Shown: piece after piece, positions 46,603-56,634 of the stretch
How the letters are laid out: every line of letters begins with the position of its first letter
Numbering within the stretch: the first letter of the stretch is position 1
NCBI GenBank assembly: GCA_030550155.1
Contig: JAUQPZ010000002.1
Coordinates: 769-64,768, forward strand
Length of the DNA stretch: 64,000 bases
Direction of reading: 5' to 3'
Source of the DNA: Thermoproteota archaeon
GTDB taxonomy: Archaea; Thermoproteota; Nitrososphaeria_A; Caldarchaeales; Calditenuaceae
The notes under the pieces: generated by a model
Told to the model about the DNA's origin: nothing
What the model saw: only the letters and a program-made list of their open reading frames with translations
The model's database searches: none
Program-made: the position numbers and the translations under genes

Positions 46603-48276
46603 TCATTTGGGAATCCTTTCCGGAAAGACCTCAAACCATCTGAAGTCCAGCTCATACTCCGCTATCGGCATAATCTCTCCCCTGGCAGCAGGATAATCAA
46701 CGTAACTCGCTTGGTAGGCGCGAAGCACTACATGCTCATATACGTATAGAGAAGGTGTCAGCTCAGCGAGCTTTGCCTGTATCTGATAGTACTTCTGCAT
46801 GCGCTGGTTGAAGTCAACGGTTGTTAAGGCGTCCTCGATCATCCTGTCAATCTCCGGGTTCATCAGCCACTCACCCTGTTCCCACGTGCCTGTTGACTCG
46901 GAGTGGTATCTCGACATTAGAATGGAGCCAGCCTCAGCGTAGTGCGCTATAACAAAGATGGATACTGCGTTCGGTGTGGTCTCTTTCCTTGTCATGCCCT
47001 CCACAACAGAGAGCCACGGAACCTTTACTACGTTGACTTTAAGCCCTATTTCCTCCATGTTAAGCTTGAAGAGGAGGGCGACTCTCTCCTCCCAAGGAAC
47101 CTCCGCGATCCACCAGAACTCTATTGGATACTGGTCGAGCCGCCCATAGTACTTTGATTTCATTAGCTCTTCTCTAGCGGCCTCCACGTTCCTCTCTAAA
47201 GGCTTCAGTTTTGGGTCTGCGCCCGGAATCATGCCAGGCACGGGGCCTGAGGGCTGCTTCTCGAAAGGCATTATGTCCTTGATCGCTGTCTCGTAGTCGA
47301 ACGCCAGCGCTATAGCTCTTCTGACGTGGATGTCGTCAGTCGGCGGCTTCTGGGTGTGGAGCATTATGTAGAAGATCATAGCTGATGGCACTTTCGCTAT
47401 CTCTACTCCCTCTATCTTGTCCATGGCCTCGTAGTTCTCAAGTGGCTGCCACTGGTCTGTCACCTCCAGTTGCCTCTTCTCGATCATCGTGCGGATAGTC
47501 GTCGGCTCCGTAAACCCGTACATTATGACTTTGGTGGGAGAGTTTTTAGCACTCTCTCCCCAGTAGCCATCGAATTTGACCAGCGTCACTGACTCCCCTC
47601 TCTTATGCTCGAGCAGTCTATACGGCCCCGAACCAGCATCCGCCTCTCCAGCCATCAGCCAATTTTTCCCATAGTCGCCCATATCTCCATAGGGTCCCTC
47701 GCCTATGTGCTGCTTCACCAGAGTGCTGTCAACAATGTAGAGACGTACAAGAGTGATGAGGAATGGGCCGAAAGGCTTCTTTAAGACTATCTGCACCGTG
47801 TAATCGTCCAATGCCCTCGTCTTGTCTAAGTCTATGTATGGCTTGAAGAGGTAGCCGTAACCCTCGCCGATGGCAATAACTCTTCTCAGAGAGAAGACAA
47901 CATCCTCAGCCTTCAGTTCACGGCCGCTGTGAAACTTGACGCCCTTCCTCAAGGTGAATGTCCAGACGGTTCCGTCCCCCGAAACATCCCACTTCTCCGC
48001 CACGTGGGGCCTCACTGTGCCGTCCTTGTTCGGATAAACCAGTGTATCGTAGACATTCAAGAAATAAACAGAGCTCGCCTCGTCAGAGCCTACCGCGGGG
48101 TCCATATAGGGGACATTCGCGAATGATACTCTTAACAACCTCTCTTGCTGTTGTGCCGGGGGAGTAACTAGTCCAGGGCTCAGTATTAGAACTCCGATGA
48201 CTGCGGCTATCGCGATTACAACGACTACAGCTGCTAATACAAGTCTTCTAGAACCTGCACCACTTTTTCGCTCCAT
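46603..48276 (-). CDS. oppA: ABC transporter substrate-binding protein, family 5 (oligopeptide/dipeptide/nickel type), membrane-anchored
   Basis: 557 aa with an N-terminal signal/anchor helix (LVLAAVVVVIAIAAVIGVLIL) and SBP_bac_5-type similarity. Confidence 0.8.
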   Translation of the reverse strand: MERKSGAGSRRLVLAAVVVVIAIAAVIGVLILSPGLVTPPAQQQERLLRVSFANVPYMDPAVGSDEASSVYFLNVYDTLVYPNKDGTVRPHVAEKWDVSGDGTVWTFTLRKGVKFHSGRELKAEDVVFSLRRVIAIGEGYGYLFKPYIDLDKTRALDDYTVQIVLKKPFGPFLITLVRLYIVDSTLVKQHIGEGPYGDMGDYGKNWLMAGEADAGSGPYRLLEHKRGESVTLVKFDGYWGESAKNSPTKVIMYGFTEPTTIRTMIEKRQLEVTDQWQPLENYEAMDKIEGVEIAKVPSAMIFYIMLHTQKPPTDDIHVRRAIALAFDYETAIKDIMPFEKQPSGPVPGMIPGADPKLKPLERNVEAAREELMKSKYYGRLDQYPIEFWWIAEVPWEERVALLFKLNMEEIGLKVNVVKVPWLSVVEGMTRKETTPNAVSIFVIAHYAEAGSILMSRYHSESTGTWEQGEWLMNPEIDRMIEDALTTVDFNQRMQKYYQIQAKLAELTPSLYVYEHVVLRAYQASYVDYPAARGEIMPIAEYELDFRWFEVFPERIPK

Positions 48277-48324
48277 AATTACGAACTAACTCACAAGCCT
48301 GCTTACGTATAATCTTTTCCATAG

Positions 48325-48342
48325 TCGATTCTGATGAATCGA
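48325..48342. promoter_or_regulatory. Perfect palindrome TCGATTC-tgat-GAATCGA in the 250-nt divergent region between oppA and the FAD oxidoreductase gene; candidate regulator binding site
   Basis: 7-bp perfect inverted repeat with a 4-nt spacer, read directly; 49 nt upstream of the oppA start on the minus strand. Confidence 0.3.
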
Positions 48343-48525
48343 AAATCAAGTTCGGAATAGGCGGTGAGGCCTGTTAAAAAGGTAAAGAGATGAGACGCGC
48401 ATTGGGGCTGGCGGAGATAGGGCGTGTGTCTGAATTTAACCGTCGAGCGGGTGAGAGCGCGTCATCTAAAACATTTTTAGGAGCATAGCAGGCGTCTATA
48501 GCGTGGTTTGCTGGGTGTTTTGTAG

Positions 48526-49791
48526 ATGAAGTATGACCTAGTTGTCATCGGTGGGGGGATAGTGGGTTTAACATCCGCATACCATTTTGCAAGACAGTTT
48601 GGGGGGAGGATTCTTATCGTGGACGCTCAGCCCGGCCCGGCACAGGGGAATACCGCCCGGAGTGTTGGAGGATTCCGCATGGGGCTCTTCACCTCAAAGG
48701 TGAACCGCCTAATATCCGAGACCACCGTGAGATTCTACTTGGATGTTCAGAACAGCGGCTACGACCTCGGTATACATCAAGTGGGATACCTGATACTTCT
48801 CGACGAGGCCAGATACGACCAATACGTGGCGACTGTTCGCGAGCTTTTCGAGGCGGGCACGGCCAATCTGCTCCCAGCCGCTGATCTGAAAGAGATGATA
48901 GGCTTTATCGAGCTGGACCTATCCGATGAGGAGTCCGAGCTACTGGGCTTGAAGCCGATTAAGGGTGCCATATTCTCTCCGTACAGCGGATATTTGGATG
49001 TAGAGAAACTGGCGAGGTTCTATTACGAGGAGCTCGTGAAGATGGGTGTGGACTTTCTCTTCAATACGAGGGTCGAGAAGCTTACCTTAGCAGCCGTGAA
49101 CAAGATAGGGCATCCGAGGGAGCCTTTTGCTTGGCAGGAGAAGAGGATAGAGTTTGTCGAGTCGTCAAACGGTACATTTGAGGCTGACACATTCATACTG
49201 GCCGCGGGGGCTTGGACTCAGGAACTTCTCGACCCCATCGGTATTGACTCGTATATCAAGCCAAAAAAGAGGCAGGTTTTCGCCGCCCACGCGCGGGGGG
49301 ACCTAGAGGCCTTCTTCAACGTGCAAGGATTCAACAGCTATGGCACACTTCCGATGACCTTTATCCCACGTGGGCCGTTCGTCGTTCCCCGTGTCAGGGA
49401 TAGGAGCATCTGGATGGGGCTCAGCGACGACATAGGCCGCAAGTGGGGGATTGACTTCGAGGCTGAGGACATCTTCTACTATGACAACGTGTATCCCCTT
49501 CTGAGGAAGATTTTCCCAATAATAGAGGGTGCGCGCCCGATGTCGAAATGGGCTGGCTGCTACTCCATCAACTCGATAGACGAGAATCCAGTAGCTTTCA
49601 GGGTTATGAATCTCGTCGTCGCGACGGGTGGTAGCGGTAGCGGTGTTATGAAAGCCGACTCCCTGGGCAGAATTGCGGCAGCCCTCGCCCTTGGAAGGCA
49701 GGAGGCTGAGCTGTATGGAGGCACTGTTGTTCCTTCAACGCTCTTGGGCATTAAGGGGAGGAGTGTGGAGCCTGAGCTTCTTGTTTTTTAA
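48526..49791 (+). CDS. FAD-dependent oxidoreductase (DAO family; D-amino-acid/sarcosine/glycine oxidase-like)
   Basis: N-terminal FAD dinucleotide-binding motif DLVVIGGGIVGLTSAY with a DAO-family layout. Confidence 0.75.
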   Translation: MKYDLVVIGGGIVGLTSAYHFARQFGGRILIVDAQPGPAQGNTARSVGGFRMGLFTSKVNRLISETTVRFYLDVQNSGYDLGIHQVGYLILLDEARYDQYVATVRELFEAGTANLLPAADLKEMIGFIELDLSDEESELLGLKPIKGAIFSPYSGYLDVEKLARFYYEELVKMGVDFLFNTRVEKLTLAAVNKIGHPREPFAWQEKRIEFVESSNGTFEADTFILAAGAWTQELLDPIGIDSYIKPKKRQVFAAHARGDLEAFFNVQGFNSYGTLPMTFIPRGPFVVPRVRDRSIWMGLSDDIGRKWGIDFEAEDIFYYDNVYPLLRKIFPIIEGARPMSKWAGCYSINSIDENPVAFRVMNLVVATGGSGSGVMKADSLGRIAAALALGRQEAELYGGTVVPSTLLGIKGRSVEPELLVF

Positions 49792-49862
49792 ACCGTAAGC
49801 ATTCAGGTAATATTTCCTTTTACAGGCAATCAACTTAAATAAACCCCCCCAGCGTTTTTGCA

Positions 49863-52061
49863 GTGGAAAGGATGAGCAGCTCGGTCCAGCCCGTGAGTGA
49901 GCTGAGGCTTAGGGTAGCTGAGGCAAGGCAGAGAGATGTGGGTTACGGCATAGCAAGGATTGATAGAGAGGTCGGGGCCTCTGCAGGGCTCACCACGGGC
50001 GACGTGATAGAGATCAGGGGGAAAAAGCTTGCCGTGGCGACTCTGTGGCTAGGCTATTTGGAGGAGGAGAAAGACATCATAAGAATTGACGGCTACATTA
50101 GAAACAATGCTGGAGTCGCACTCAACGATTTCGTGCTGGTCAGGAAGGCGCAGGTGAGAGAAGCCAAGCTGGTGACGCTTGCGCCGGTCAACAGCACGAT
50201 CAAGCCTGATGAAAACTTTACAAAGCTTGTGAAGAGCAGGCTAATCGAGTATCCCGTAGTTCAGAAAAATATCGTGCCCGTTCTGTTCTTCGGCAACCTA
50301 TTCAACTTCGCTGTAATTCAGACGAGGCCGACAGGCGTTGTTAAAATTACGCCCAATAGCAGGATAGTTATTCAGAGCCGCGCGGTTCAGGAGAAGGCCT
50401 TAAGCACTCATGTAACCTACGAGGATATAGGGGGGCTGGAGGAGGAGATTCAGAGAATACGGGAGATGATAGAGCTCCCGCTGAGGTTTCCAGAGCTTTT
50501 CCAGCGCTTGGGTATAGACCCGCCCAAGGGTGTTCTGCTTTATGGGCCGCCGGGTTGCGGAAAAACACTTCTAGCTAAGGCTGTCGCGACGGAGGCTGAG
50601 GCTAACTTCATATTGATAAACGGTCCCGAGATAATGAACAAGTATTATGGTGAGACAGAGGCTAAGTTGAGAGAGATCTTCAGGAGGGCTGAGGAGGAGG
50701 CGCCCAGCATAATTTTCATCGACGAAATAGACGCCATCGCTCCTAAGAGAAGCGAGGTTACAGGAGAGGTTGAGAAAAGAGTTGTCGCTCAACTTCTGGC
50801 CCTCATGGACGGACTGGAGAGCCGAGGCCAAGTAATAGTCATAGGCGCGACCAACAGGCCTAACGCCCTCGACCCCGCCCTCAGAAGGCCTGGAAGGTTT
50901 GACAGGGAGATAGAGATAGGGATTCCCGATAAGAAGGGAAGGAAGGAGATTCTGCAAATTCATACACGGGGCATGCCCTTAGCTTCTGACGTCGACCTCG
51001 AGAAGCTCGCCGAGATGACCAGGGGCTACACTGGGGCTGACATCGCAGCTCTCTGCAGGGAGGGAGCAATGAAGTGTATCCGGAGAATACTGCCCAGCAT
51101 AGACTTTAACGAGGAGAGGATCTCCCCCGAGATACTGAACTCGCTGGAGGTGACGATGAAGGACTTCCACGAGGCTTACAGAGAAATTACGCCGACAGCT
51201 CTGAGGGAGGTGGAGATAGAGACGCCGACGGTTCGTTGGGAAGAGGTTGGAGGGCTTTTTGAAGTGAAGCAGAGGCTTGTTGAGGCGATTGAGTGGCCCT
51301 TAAAGTATCCTGAAAAGTTCGAGAGAATGGGTATAAAGCCGCCGAAGGGCATCTTGCTATACGGCCCCCCTGGATGCGGCAAAACACTTCTAGCCAAGGC
51401 GATAGCCACAGAGTCAGAGTCGAACTTCGTCACTATCAAGGGACCCGAGATCTACTCTAAGTGGGTTGGCGAGTCTGAGAAGGCGATCAGGGAGGTCTTC
51501 AGGAAGGCGAGGCAGGCGGCGCCATGTATAATCTTCTTAGACGAGATAGAGACGATTGTTCCCCGGAAAGACCTACTTGACGATAGCTCAGGAGTCACAC
51601 ACCGTGTCGCGAGCCAGCTTTTATCGGAGATGGACGGCATCGAGGATTTGAGGGAGGTGGTTGTTATAGGCGCAACAAATAGGCCCGACCTAATGGACCC
51701 CGCTGTGCTCAGGCCGGGGAGATTCGACAGGCTCATCTACGTTCCTCCACCGGATGAGAAAGGGCGGTACGAGATTCTCAGGATCTATACTCGCTCGATG
51801 CCCTTGATGGCTGATGTGGATCTGCGGAAGTTGGCAGCTATGACGGAGGGGTATTCAGGTGCTGACCTCGAGTCGCTTTGCAGGGAGGCCGCCATGTCTG
51901 CTCTGAGGAGGGACAGGGAGGCCCAGTATGTTGGTTGGAGCGACTTTCAGGAGGCGCTAAAGATTGTTAAGCCAAGCATAACGCCGCCGATGCTTAAGGA
52001 GTATGAGAAGGTTTCAGAACAGCTGCGGGGGTCGGAAAAGTCTCTGCCAATGTTCGGTTAG
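49863..52061 (+). CDS. cdc48: AAA+ ATPase CDC48/VCP (two AAA domains)
   Basis: 732 aa with an N-domain and two Walker A motifs ([13 protein letters not shown], twice), Walker B DEID/DEIE and SRH segments. Confidence 0.9.
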   Translation: MERMSSSVQPVSELRLRVAEARQRDVGYGIARIDREVGASAGLTTGDVIEIRGKKLAVATLWLGYLEEEKDIIRIDGYIRNNAGVALNDFVLVRKAQVREAKLVTLAPVNSTIKPDENFTKLVKSRLIEYPVVQKNIVPVLFFGNLFNFAVIQTRPTGVVKITPNSRIVIQSRAVQEKALSTHVTYEDIGGLEEEIQRIREMIELPLRFPELFQRLGIDPPKGVLLYGPPGCGKTLLAKAVATEAEANFILINGPEIMNKYYGETEAKLREIFRRAEEEAPSIIFIDEIDAIAPKRSEVTGEVEKRVVAQLLALMDGLESRGQVIVIGATNRPNALDPALRRPGRFDREIEIGIPDKKGRKEILQIHTRGMPLASDVDLEKLAEMTRGYTGADIAALCREGAMKCIRRILPSIDFNEERISPEILNSLEVTMKDFHEAYREITPTALREVEIETPTVRWEEVGGLFEVKQRLVEAIEWPLKYPEKFERMGIKPPKGILLYGPPGCGKTLLAKAIATESESNFVTIKGPEIYSKWVGESEKAIREVFRKARQAAPCIIFLDEIETIVPRKDLLDDSSGVTHRVASQLLSEMDGIEDLREVVVIGATNRPDLMDPAVLRPGRFDRLIYVPPPDEKGRYEILRIYTRSMPLMADVDLRKLAAMTEGYSGADLESLCREAAMSALRRDREAQYVGWSDFQEALKIVKPSITPPMLKEYEKVSEQLRGSEKSLPMFG

Positions 52062-52066
52062 AGTTT

Positions 52067-52270
52067 ATGGAGCTTCAGGAAATCATCGAGGTTTTGAGAA
52101 GAAATAATAAGAAAATGATTGAGTCGGCGCTGTTAGAGTCGTTAAACACTCGTGGAAGAGAGCTTAGCCCCAAAGAGCTGAGAAACGCGCTGCTCGTGCT
52201 GGAGGTTAGGGGGCTAGTCAGGATTCACAGCCTAGACGAGGAGAGGCGCCTAGTAGTGCTCTTAGAGTAG
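52067..52270 (+). CDS. Hypothetical small protein (possible winged-helix)
   Basis: 67-aa ORF starting 6 nt after the cdc48 stop, with plausible operon coupling; no family assignment. Confidence 0.35.
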   Translation: MELQEIIEVLRRNNKKMIESALLESLNTRGRELSPKELRNALLVLEVRGLVRIHSLDEERRLVVLLE

Positions 52271-52278
52271 GAACGCCG

Positions 52279-53316
52279 TCACATAAGCCATCTGTCGAGC
52301 GAGGTGACCCTCCTCTTCTCAGAGAGGATTGATTCAACCTCGTTCAGCTCCTTCTCCACACGCTCGGGAGAGAAGTCATGCTCGTCGCAGAGTATCCTCA
52401 TTGTTGCTTCTCTGTCGATCTCCCTCCACTTCAGCTCATAGTCTTTCTTAACTTCAGGCTCAAGGAAAAGCCTCCTCACCGCCTCTATATCCACGTCGAG
52501 AGACTTTTTAATCGCGTCGAGTGCCTTATCGGCCGCGCCGTATTCTTTGATGAGGCTGTAGGCCTTCTTAGGGCCAATCCCCCTAACACCCTCAAAGTAG
52601 TCTGTGCCGATTAGAATAGCCATCTCAACGAGCTCCCTCCTCGTGATGCCCAGCGATGCGAAGAGCTTCTCAGAGTGCAAAACCTCAGGCTCAACAACCA
52701 CGTACTCGTTCCGGCGCGGAAGCTTCCTCCTACCCACGAGCGAGAGATTCCTTACAAGCCTAGGCGTCCCAAAGAGGATTGAGTCATAGTCCTGTGAAGA
52801 GGATGCCCATACATCACCCCTCGCCGCCATGTAGGCCGCCTGCGCTTCGCCCTCCGCAGGCGCAATGATGTAGGGGATACCCATAGCCTCAAGTAGCTGT
52901 ATAGCTGTCTCGACCATGTATTTCTCTATCGAGGATGACTGTGCTGCGTATTTTCGGGCCTCAGCCACCACGCCGGCAGCCAGAGCCTCCTCATACATCT
53001 TTCTGGCCCTCTCCCTGAGCTCAATCCTCTTCCTGATCGTCTCTATCTTGAGCGCTGGTGGCTGGCCGTCGAAGACATAGACCACTCTTATCCCCTCTTT
53101 AATGAAGTTGGTGGACCTGAAGAAAACTCCGCTAAGGTGGCTCGTGACCCTACCCTTGCTGTCCTGTAGTGGCTTTCCATCAGGGCCCCTGATATTAGAT
53201 AGGAACTGGTAGAGTATGTTGTACCCGTCGATAGCTATAGACTTGTTAGAGAGGTCGCTGAGCTGAACAGTCTGAACCGCCTCTGGCGGGATAATGTCTC
53301 CGAGCTTTACACCCAA
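52279..53316 (-). CDS. fen: Flap endonuclease 1
   Basis: 345 aa with XPG N and I domains (MGVKLGDII…, acidic active-site clusters) and a C-terminal PCNA-interaction tail. Confidence 0.9.
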   Translation of the reverse strand: MGVKLGDIIPPEAVQTVQLSDLSNKSIAIDGYNILYQFLSNIRGPDGKPLQDSKGRVTSHLSGVFFRSTNFIKEGIRVVYVFDGQPPALKIETIRKRIELRERARKMYEEALAAGVVAEARKYAAQSSSIEKYMVETAIQLLEAMGIPYIIAPAEGEAQAAYMAARGDVWASSSQDYDSILFGTPRLVRNLSLVGRRKLPRRNEYVVVEPEVLHSEKLFASLGITRRELVEMAILIGTDYFEGVRGIGPKKAYSLIKEYGAADKALDAIKKSLDVDIEAVRRLFLEPEVKKDYELKWREIDREATMRILCDEHDFSPERVEKELNEVESILSEKRRVTSLDRWLM

Positions 53317-53422
53317 ACCCCTTCTAAAAAGATTAAGCCTCTAAGACGGATAAATCTTTCCCCAAAAATCGATAAGAAACTCCAACCGAGGCCCAGTCCT
53401 CGCTGGCACCCCTCAAAGCACT

Positions 53423-54481
53423 TCAAACACAGACCGCGATATCAGCCACCATCAACCTCCTTCTAGGAGAAACCTCTCTCAAAACTCTAACATCAGCCCT
53501 ACAGGCGAGGCCCAAGCTTGAAACCCTCATCTCGAGGTCTCGACGCCAAGCCTCAGCCTCCTCCGCGAAGCCGTAAACATGCATGGTGGCTTCGTCCTTC
53601 AGAATCTTAGTAGCTGATTCGAGAAAGCTGTAGGGGTCTGAGGGATAATTCATCACAACTCTGTCGGCCCTAACCTGATTCTGCAGGAAGACGGTTTTGC
53701 AGTCTCCGTGAAGAGGTCTGACGAGGCCTCTGACCTTGTTAAGCTCTATGTTCTTGACTAAGAGGCTGTAGGCGTCGGGGTTGAGCTCGGCCGCATAGAC
53801 CTTTGCTCCCGAGTGCTTGGCTATAGTGATGCTGAAGGGGCCGACTCCTGCGAACATGTCTGCCACAGTCTCGCCTCTACCCGCCAACGCCGCTATCCTC
53901 ATCCTCTCTCCAGAGAGCCTCGGTGAGAAGTAGGATTTCGAGAGGTCAACCTGGAAGACGCAGCCATTCTCCCTGTGGGTGGTGGTTGTCCTTCTCTGGC
54001 CCGCAAGATGCACCAGCCTCCTTAGCCTGAAGACGCCCTCCACAACCCCCGCCTCGCCCAAGACGACCTTGACGGAGGGGTTCACCCGCATTATAGCCTC
54101 GCCGATGAGGGACATGTATTGCTCGACTCCGCGCGGTAGGTGGATCAGAGCAATGTCTCCGACTATGTCGTAGGATGAGGGGAGTTTTTCCAGGATCGCT
54201 TGAGGGAGGGTGGTGGACAACGCCTCTCTTATGCTCCGTGGCCTCCTCTGCTTCTCGGCGAATTCAGCCTCCACGAGGTCGGCCTCAAATATGGATAAGA
54301 GCGTCTCGAGTATCTTCGCACCCTCACTCCTTAAGGGCAGAACCACTCTCTCTCCATCCTTTATAATCGCTAGTGCCGTGTCTAGCAAGCCGGAGGCTTT
54401 CAGGAACTCTATCGCCTTTTCAGCGTTCTTTTTCGGGACCGATAAGCCCCTCCCTCTTCGAGCCCTGTCCCTCTCATGCAT
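53423..54481 (-). CDS. trm5: tRNA (guanine37-N1)-methyltransferase Trm5 / Taw2-like class I SAM methyltransferase
   Basis: 352 aa Met-10+ like, with SAM-binding motif DMFAGVGPFSI and the NPDA-like ELNP motif. Confidence 0.75.
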   Translation of the reverse strand: MHERDRARRGRGLSVPKKNAEKAIEFLKASGLLDTALAIIKDGERVVLPLRSEGAKILETLLSIFEADLVEAEFAEKQRRPRSIREALSTTLPQAILEKLPSSYDIVGDIALIHLPRGVEQYMSLIGEAIMRVNPSVKVVLGEAGVVEGVFRLRRLVHLAGQRRTTTTHRENGCVFQVDLSKSYFSPRLSGERMRIAALAGRGETVADMFAGVGPFSITIAKHSGAKVYAAELNPDAYSLLVKNIELNKVRGLVRPLHGDCKTVFLQNQVRADRVVMNYPSDPYSFLESATKILKDEATMHVYGFAEEAEAWRRDLEMRVSSLGLACRADVRVLREVSPRRRLMVADIAVCV

Positions 54482-56048
54482 ATCTGAGTATTTTCCTGAT
54501 TACACCTATCCCCTTCGTCCGCCCCTCCCTGAGAACGAACCTGTCCTGAGGGTAGACAAGCATGGGGCTATACTTGAACTCGAGGACGGCCTGGCACTGC
54601 TCGCCCGGTCTGATATAATCTCTGTCCAGCTCCGTGATCTTGACGCTCTGGGAGATTGTGTGGCACTGTATCACGGGCTCGTATCCTGCGGCGAATCTGC
54701 TCGGGCTGTTAAGTACTAAGACTTCTGCCTCAAAGCTCCATACAGCCCTGGGTTCCAGCTCCTGCTCGCAGACGACCATCCCTCTCCTAATCTCGTTGTG
54801 CGGCACCCCCCTTATCGCTACACCGATGACGTATCCGGCCACGGCCTCCTCGACTCTTGCGTGATGTATCTCTATGCTTCTGGCCTTGATGCGTTTGAAC
54901 CCTCCGTCGGGGTATGGGCCTAGTAGCAGCTCTGCACCAGCCCTCAGCCTGCCCTGCCTAACTGTCCCCGAGATTACGCTCCCCACGCCCTCTATGTCGT
55001 ACACCCTGTCGATGTATAGTAGGAATGGCTTGTCCAGTGGTTTTTCCCTCCGGGGCAGGAGGCTTAGGAGGCTGTAGAGTCTGTCAAACCCTGAGAGGGT
55101 CCTCGCTGAGGTCTCTATTATGGGGACTACAAGCCCTATCTTGTCGTAGACTACGTCGACGTCGGATGTGTCGCGGATGTGTAGTGGGATGCGTCCTACT
55201 TTTTTGAGGAGCTGTGCAGCCTCCTCCCGGACCTCGGCCACTCTGCTGGGAGAGACTTTCTCAGTCTTAGTGATGCAGACTATGACGGGCATGCCGAGGC
55301 CAAGCATTATCCCGAGGTGCTCTCTGGTGAGGTGTGTTATGCCATCATCGGCGGCGACCACCAAAATTCCATAGTCCACCTCCTGCCCTACAAGACCTCT
55401 TATCGTTGTTCGGAGCCAGGGCTCGTGTCCGACTGTATCCACGAAGCTTACTAGCTTTTCGCTCTCCTCAACCACTCTCGCGCGCTCGAGCTTGTCGAGT
55501 GGGTTGTTTAGCGTGACGGGTTTGCCGTTCTTAAATCCTAGCACTGCGAGGTGGATATCTGCGGAGAGATTCCTCTCAACCTCGTGTGGAAGAGTGTCGA
55601 GAAACAGCCACTTCTTACCGTCGTCAGGCTGATTTGTCAGAAGGCAGGCTATGAGCGTGGACTTGCCGTGATTAACGTGCCCCGCTACCGCTAATGTTAT
55701 GTGAGGCTTGGCAGCCGCGGGCTGAGCCTCAACCACAACCCTTGCTATGTATCCCTTCTCAGTCTCGAATCTCTCAACTCTCCTAATCCTCGCGCCACAC
55801 TCAGCAGCAATGGTGGAGAGGACTGAGATGCTCATCTCGAGCTCGTATTCTCCGAGCCCCATGATCACGCCATCATCATTCACGCCTAGGAGATACACCG
55901 CCACACCCCCTCCATCCAGTAGATGTGATTTGAGCTGTATGCCGAGCTGCTGTCTTCTCTCGGGCTTTAGATGAACAAGCGGTATGAGCCTCTCCTTAAA
56001 CTCGATGTGCTGGCCTTCGCTCGGCGGAATCTTTACTTTTTTCGACAC
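54474..56048 (-). CDS. GTPBP1-family translational GTPase (EF-Tu-like domains II/III)
   Basis: 524 aa with an N-terminal approx. 100-aa extension, a G domain (AVAGHVNHGKSTL, DTVGHE, TKTE) and two beta-barrel domains. Confidence 0.7.
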   Translation of the reverse strand: MSKKVKIPPSEGQHIEFKERLIPLVHLKPERRQQLGIQLKSHLLDGGGVAVYLLGVNDDGVIMGLGEYELEMSISVLSTIAAECGARIRRVERFETEKGYIARVVVEAQPAAAKPHITLAVAGHVNHGKSTLIACLLTNQPDDGKKWLFLDTLPHEVERNLSADIHLAVLGFKNGKPVTLNNPLDKLERARVVEESEKLVSFVDTVGHEPWLRTTIRGLVGQEVDYGILVVAADDGITHLTREHLGIMLGLGMPVIVCITKTEKVSPSRVAEVREEAAQLLKKVGRIPLHIRDTSDVDVVYDKIGLVVPIIETSARTLSGFDRLYSLLSLLPRREKPLDKPFLLYIDRVYDIEGVGSVISGTVRQGRLRAGAELLLGPYPDGGFKRIKARSIEIHHARVEEAVAGYVIGVAIRGVPHNEIRRGMVVCEQELEPRAVWSFEAEVLVLNSPSRFAAGYEPVIQCHTISQSVKITELDRDYIRPGEQCQAVLEFKYSPMLVYPQDRFVLREGRTKGIGVIRKILRYA

Positions 56049-56049
56049 T

Positions 56050-56634
56050 CTATAGAGAAATGCTTCGAGGCGAATTTAGTCTTATCTCTGCCCCCTCATG
56101 TCTAAGAAGCCTCATCTTCAGCGAGGGGCCGCAGCTGAACCCGCCGAGCCGCCCATCCGACCGAATGACCCTGTGGCATGGGACGATCAGAAGGAGGTGG
56201 TTGGCCGCGAGCGCGCCACCCACAGGCCTCGGCGATGCGCAGCCCACCCTCCTCGCAACCCATGAATAGCCGCGAACAGAGCCGTAGGGAATCTCCATAA
56301 CAGTCCTCCAGACCTTGGATTGAAACTCTGTACCCAGCAGCTTCACAGGCAGCTCAAAGCTCCTCCTCCCGCCTTCAAGATACTCCCGTATCTGCGCCTC
56401 AGCCTCATCGATGAGTCCGCCGGTGTCTCCTCCCTCTCGTATGCCTCTGCTCCTGAGAAATCTTCGCCCACCTCCTCTACCGACGCCCACATAGAATACG
56501 TAGTCCCGGCTGGCCGCTATCTCCACGACTCCGAGCCAGGAATATAGGGCGCGCACACAAGCCCCCAGGTCAAGGCTCAACACGGTGAAGAGAGGGTCGA
56601 AGAGATTAATAACACTGCGCGCGCCACTACACAC
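56050..56634 (-). CDS. ogt: Methylated-DNA-protein-cysteine methyltransferase (Ogt/MGMT)
   Basis: C-terminal active site IVPCHRVI and an HTH segment (YGSVRGYSWVARRVG). The called GTG start abuts the divergent mmsB-like start with no spacing; an internal GTG at 56583 is a more plausible start. Confidence 0.75.
   Translation of the reverse strand: MCSGARSVINLFDPLFTVLSLDLGACVRALYSWLGVVEIAASRDYVFYVGVGRGGGRRFLRSRGIREGGDTGGLIDEAEAQIREYLEGGRRSFELPVKLLGTEFQSKVWRTVMEIPYGSVRGYSWVARRVGCASPRPVGGALAANHLLLIVPCHRVIRSDGRLGGFSCGPSLKMRLLRHEGAEIRLNSPRSISL
56604..56611. promoter_or_regulatory. Shared AT-rich ATTAATAA element between the divergent ogt and mmsB-like genes; possible bidirectional TATA box
   Basis: This is the only AT-rich block in an otherwise GC-rich segment. 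It lies about 27 nt upstream of GTG 56635 (plus strand) and about 25 nt upstream of the alternative ogt GTG at 56583 (minus strand). Confidence 0.3.

Noticed and set aside
48350-48440. Possible C/D-box sRNA (a CTGATGA C-box-like sequence at 48331..48337 and a CTGA about 80 nt downstream)
   Set aside because: The spacing between the putative C, D', C' and D boxes does not fit the 50-60-nt archaeal C/D sRNA architecture. The TGATGA is simply the spacer of the palindrome TCGATTC-tgat-GAATCGA. No other intergenic region contained an RUGAUGA…CUGA pair at the right distance.
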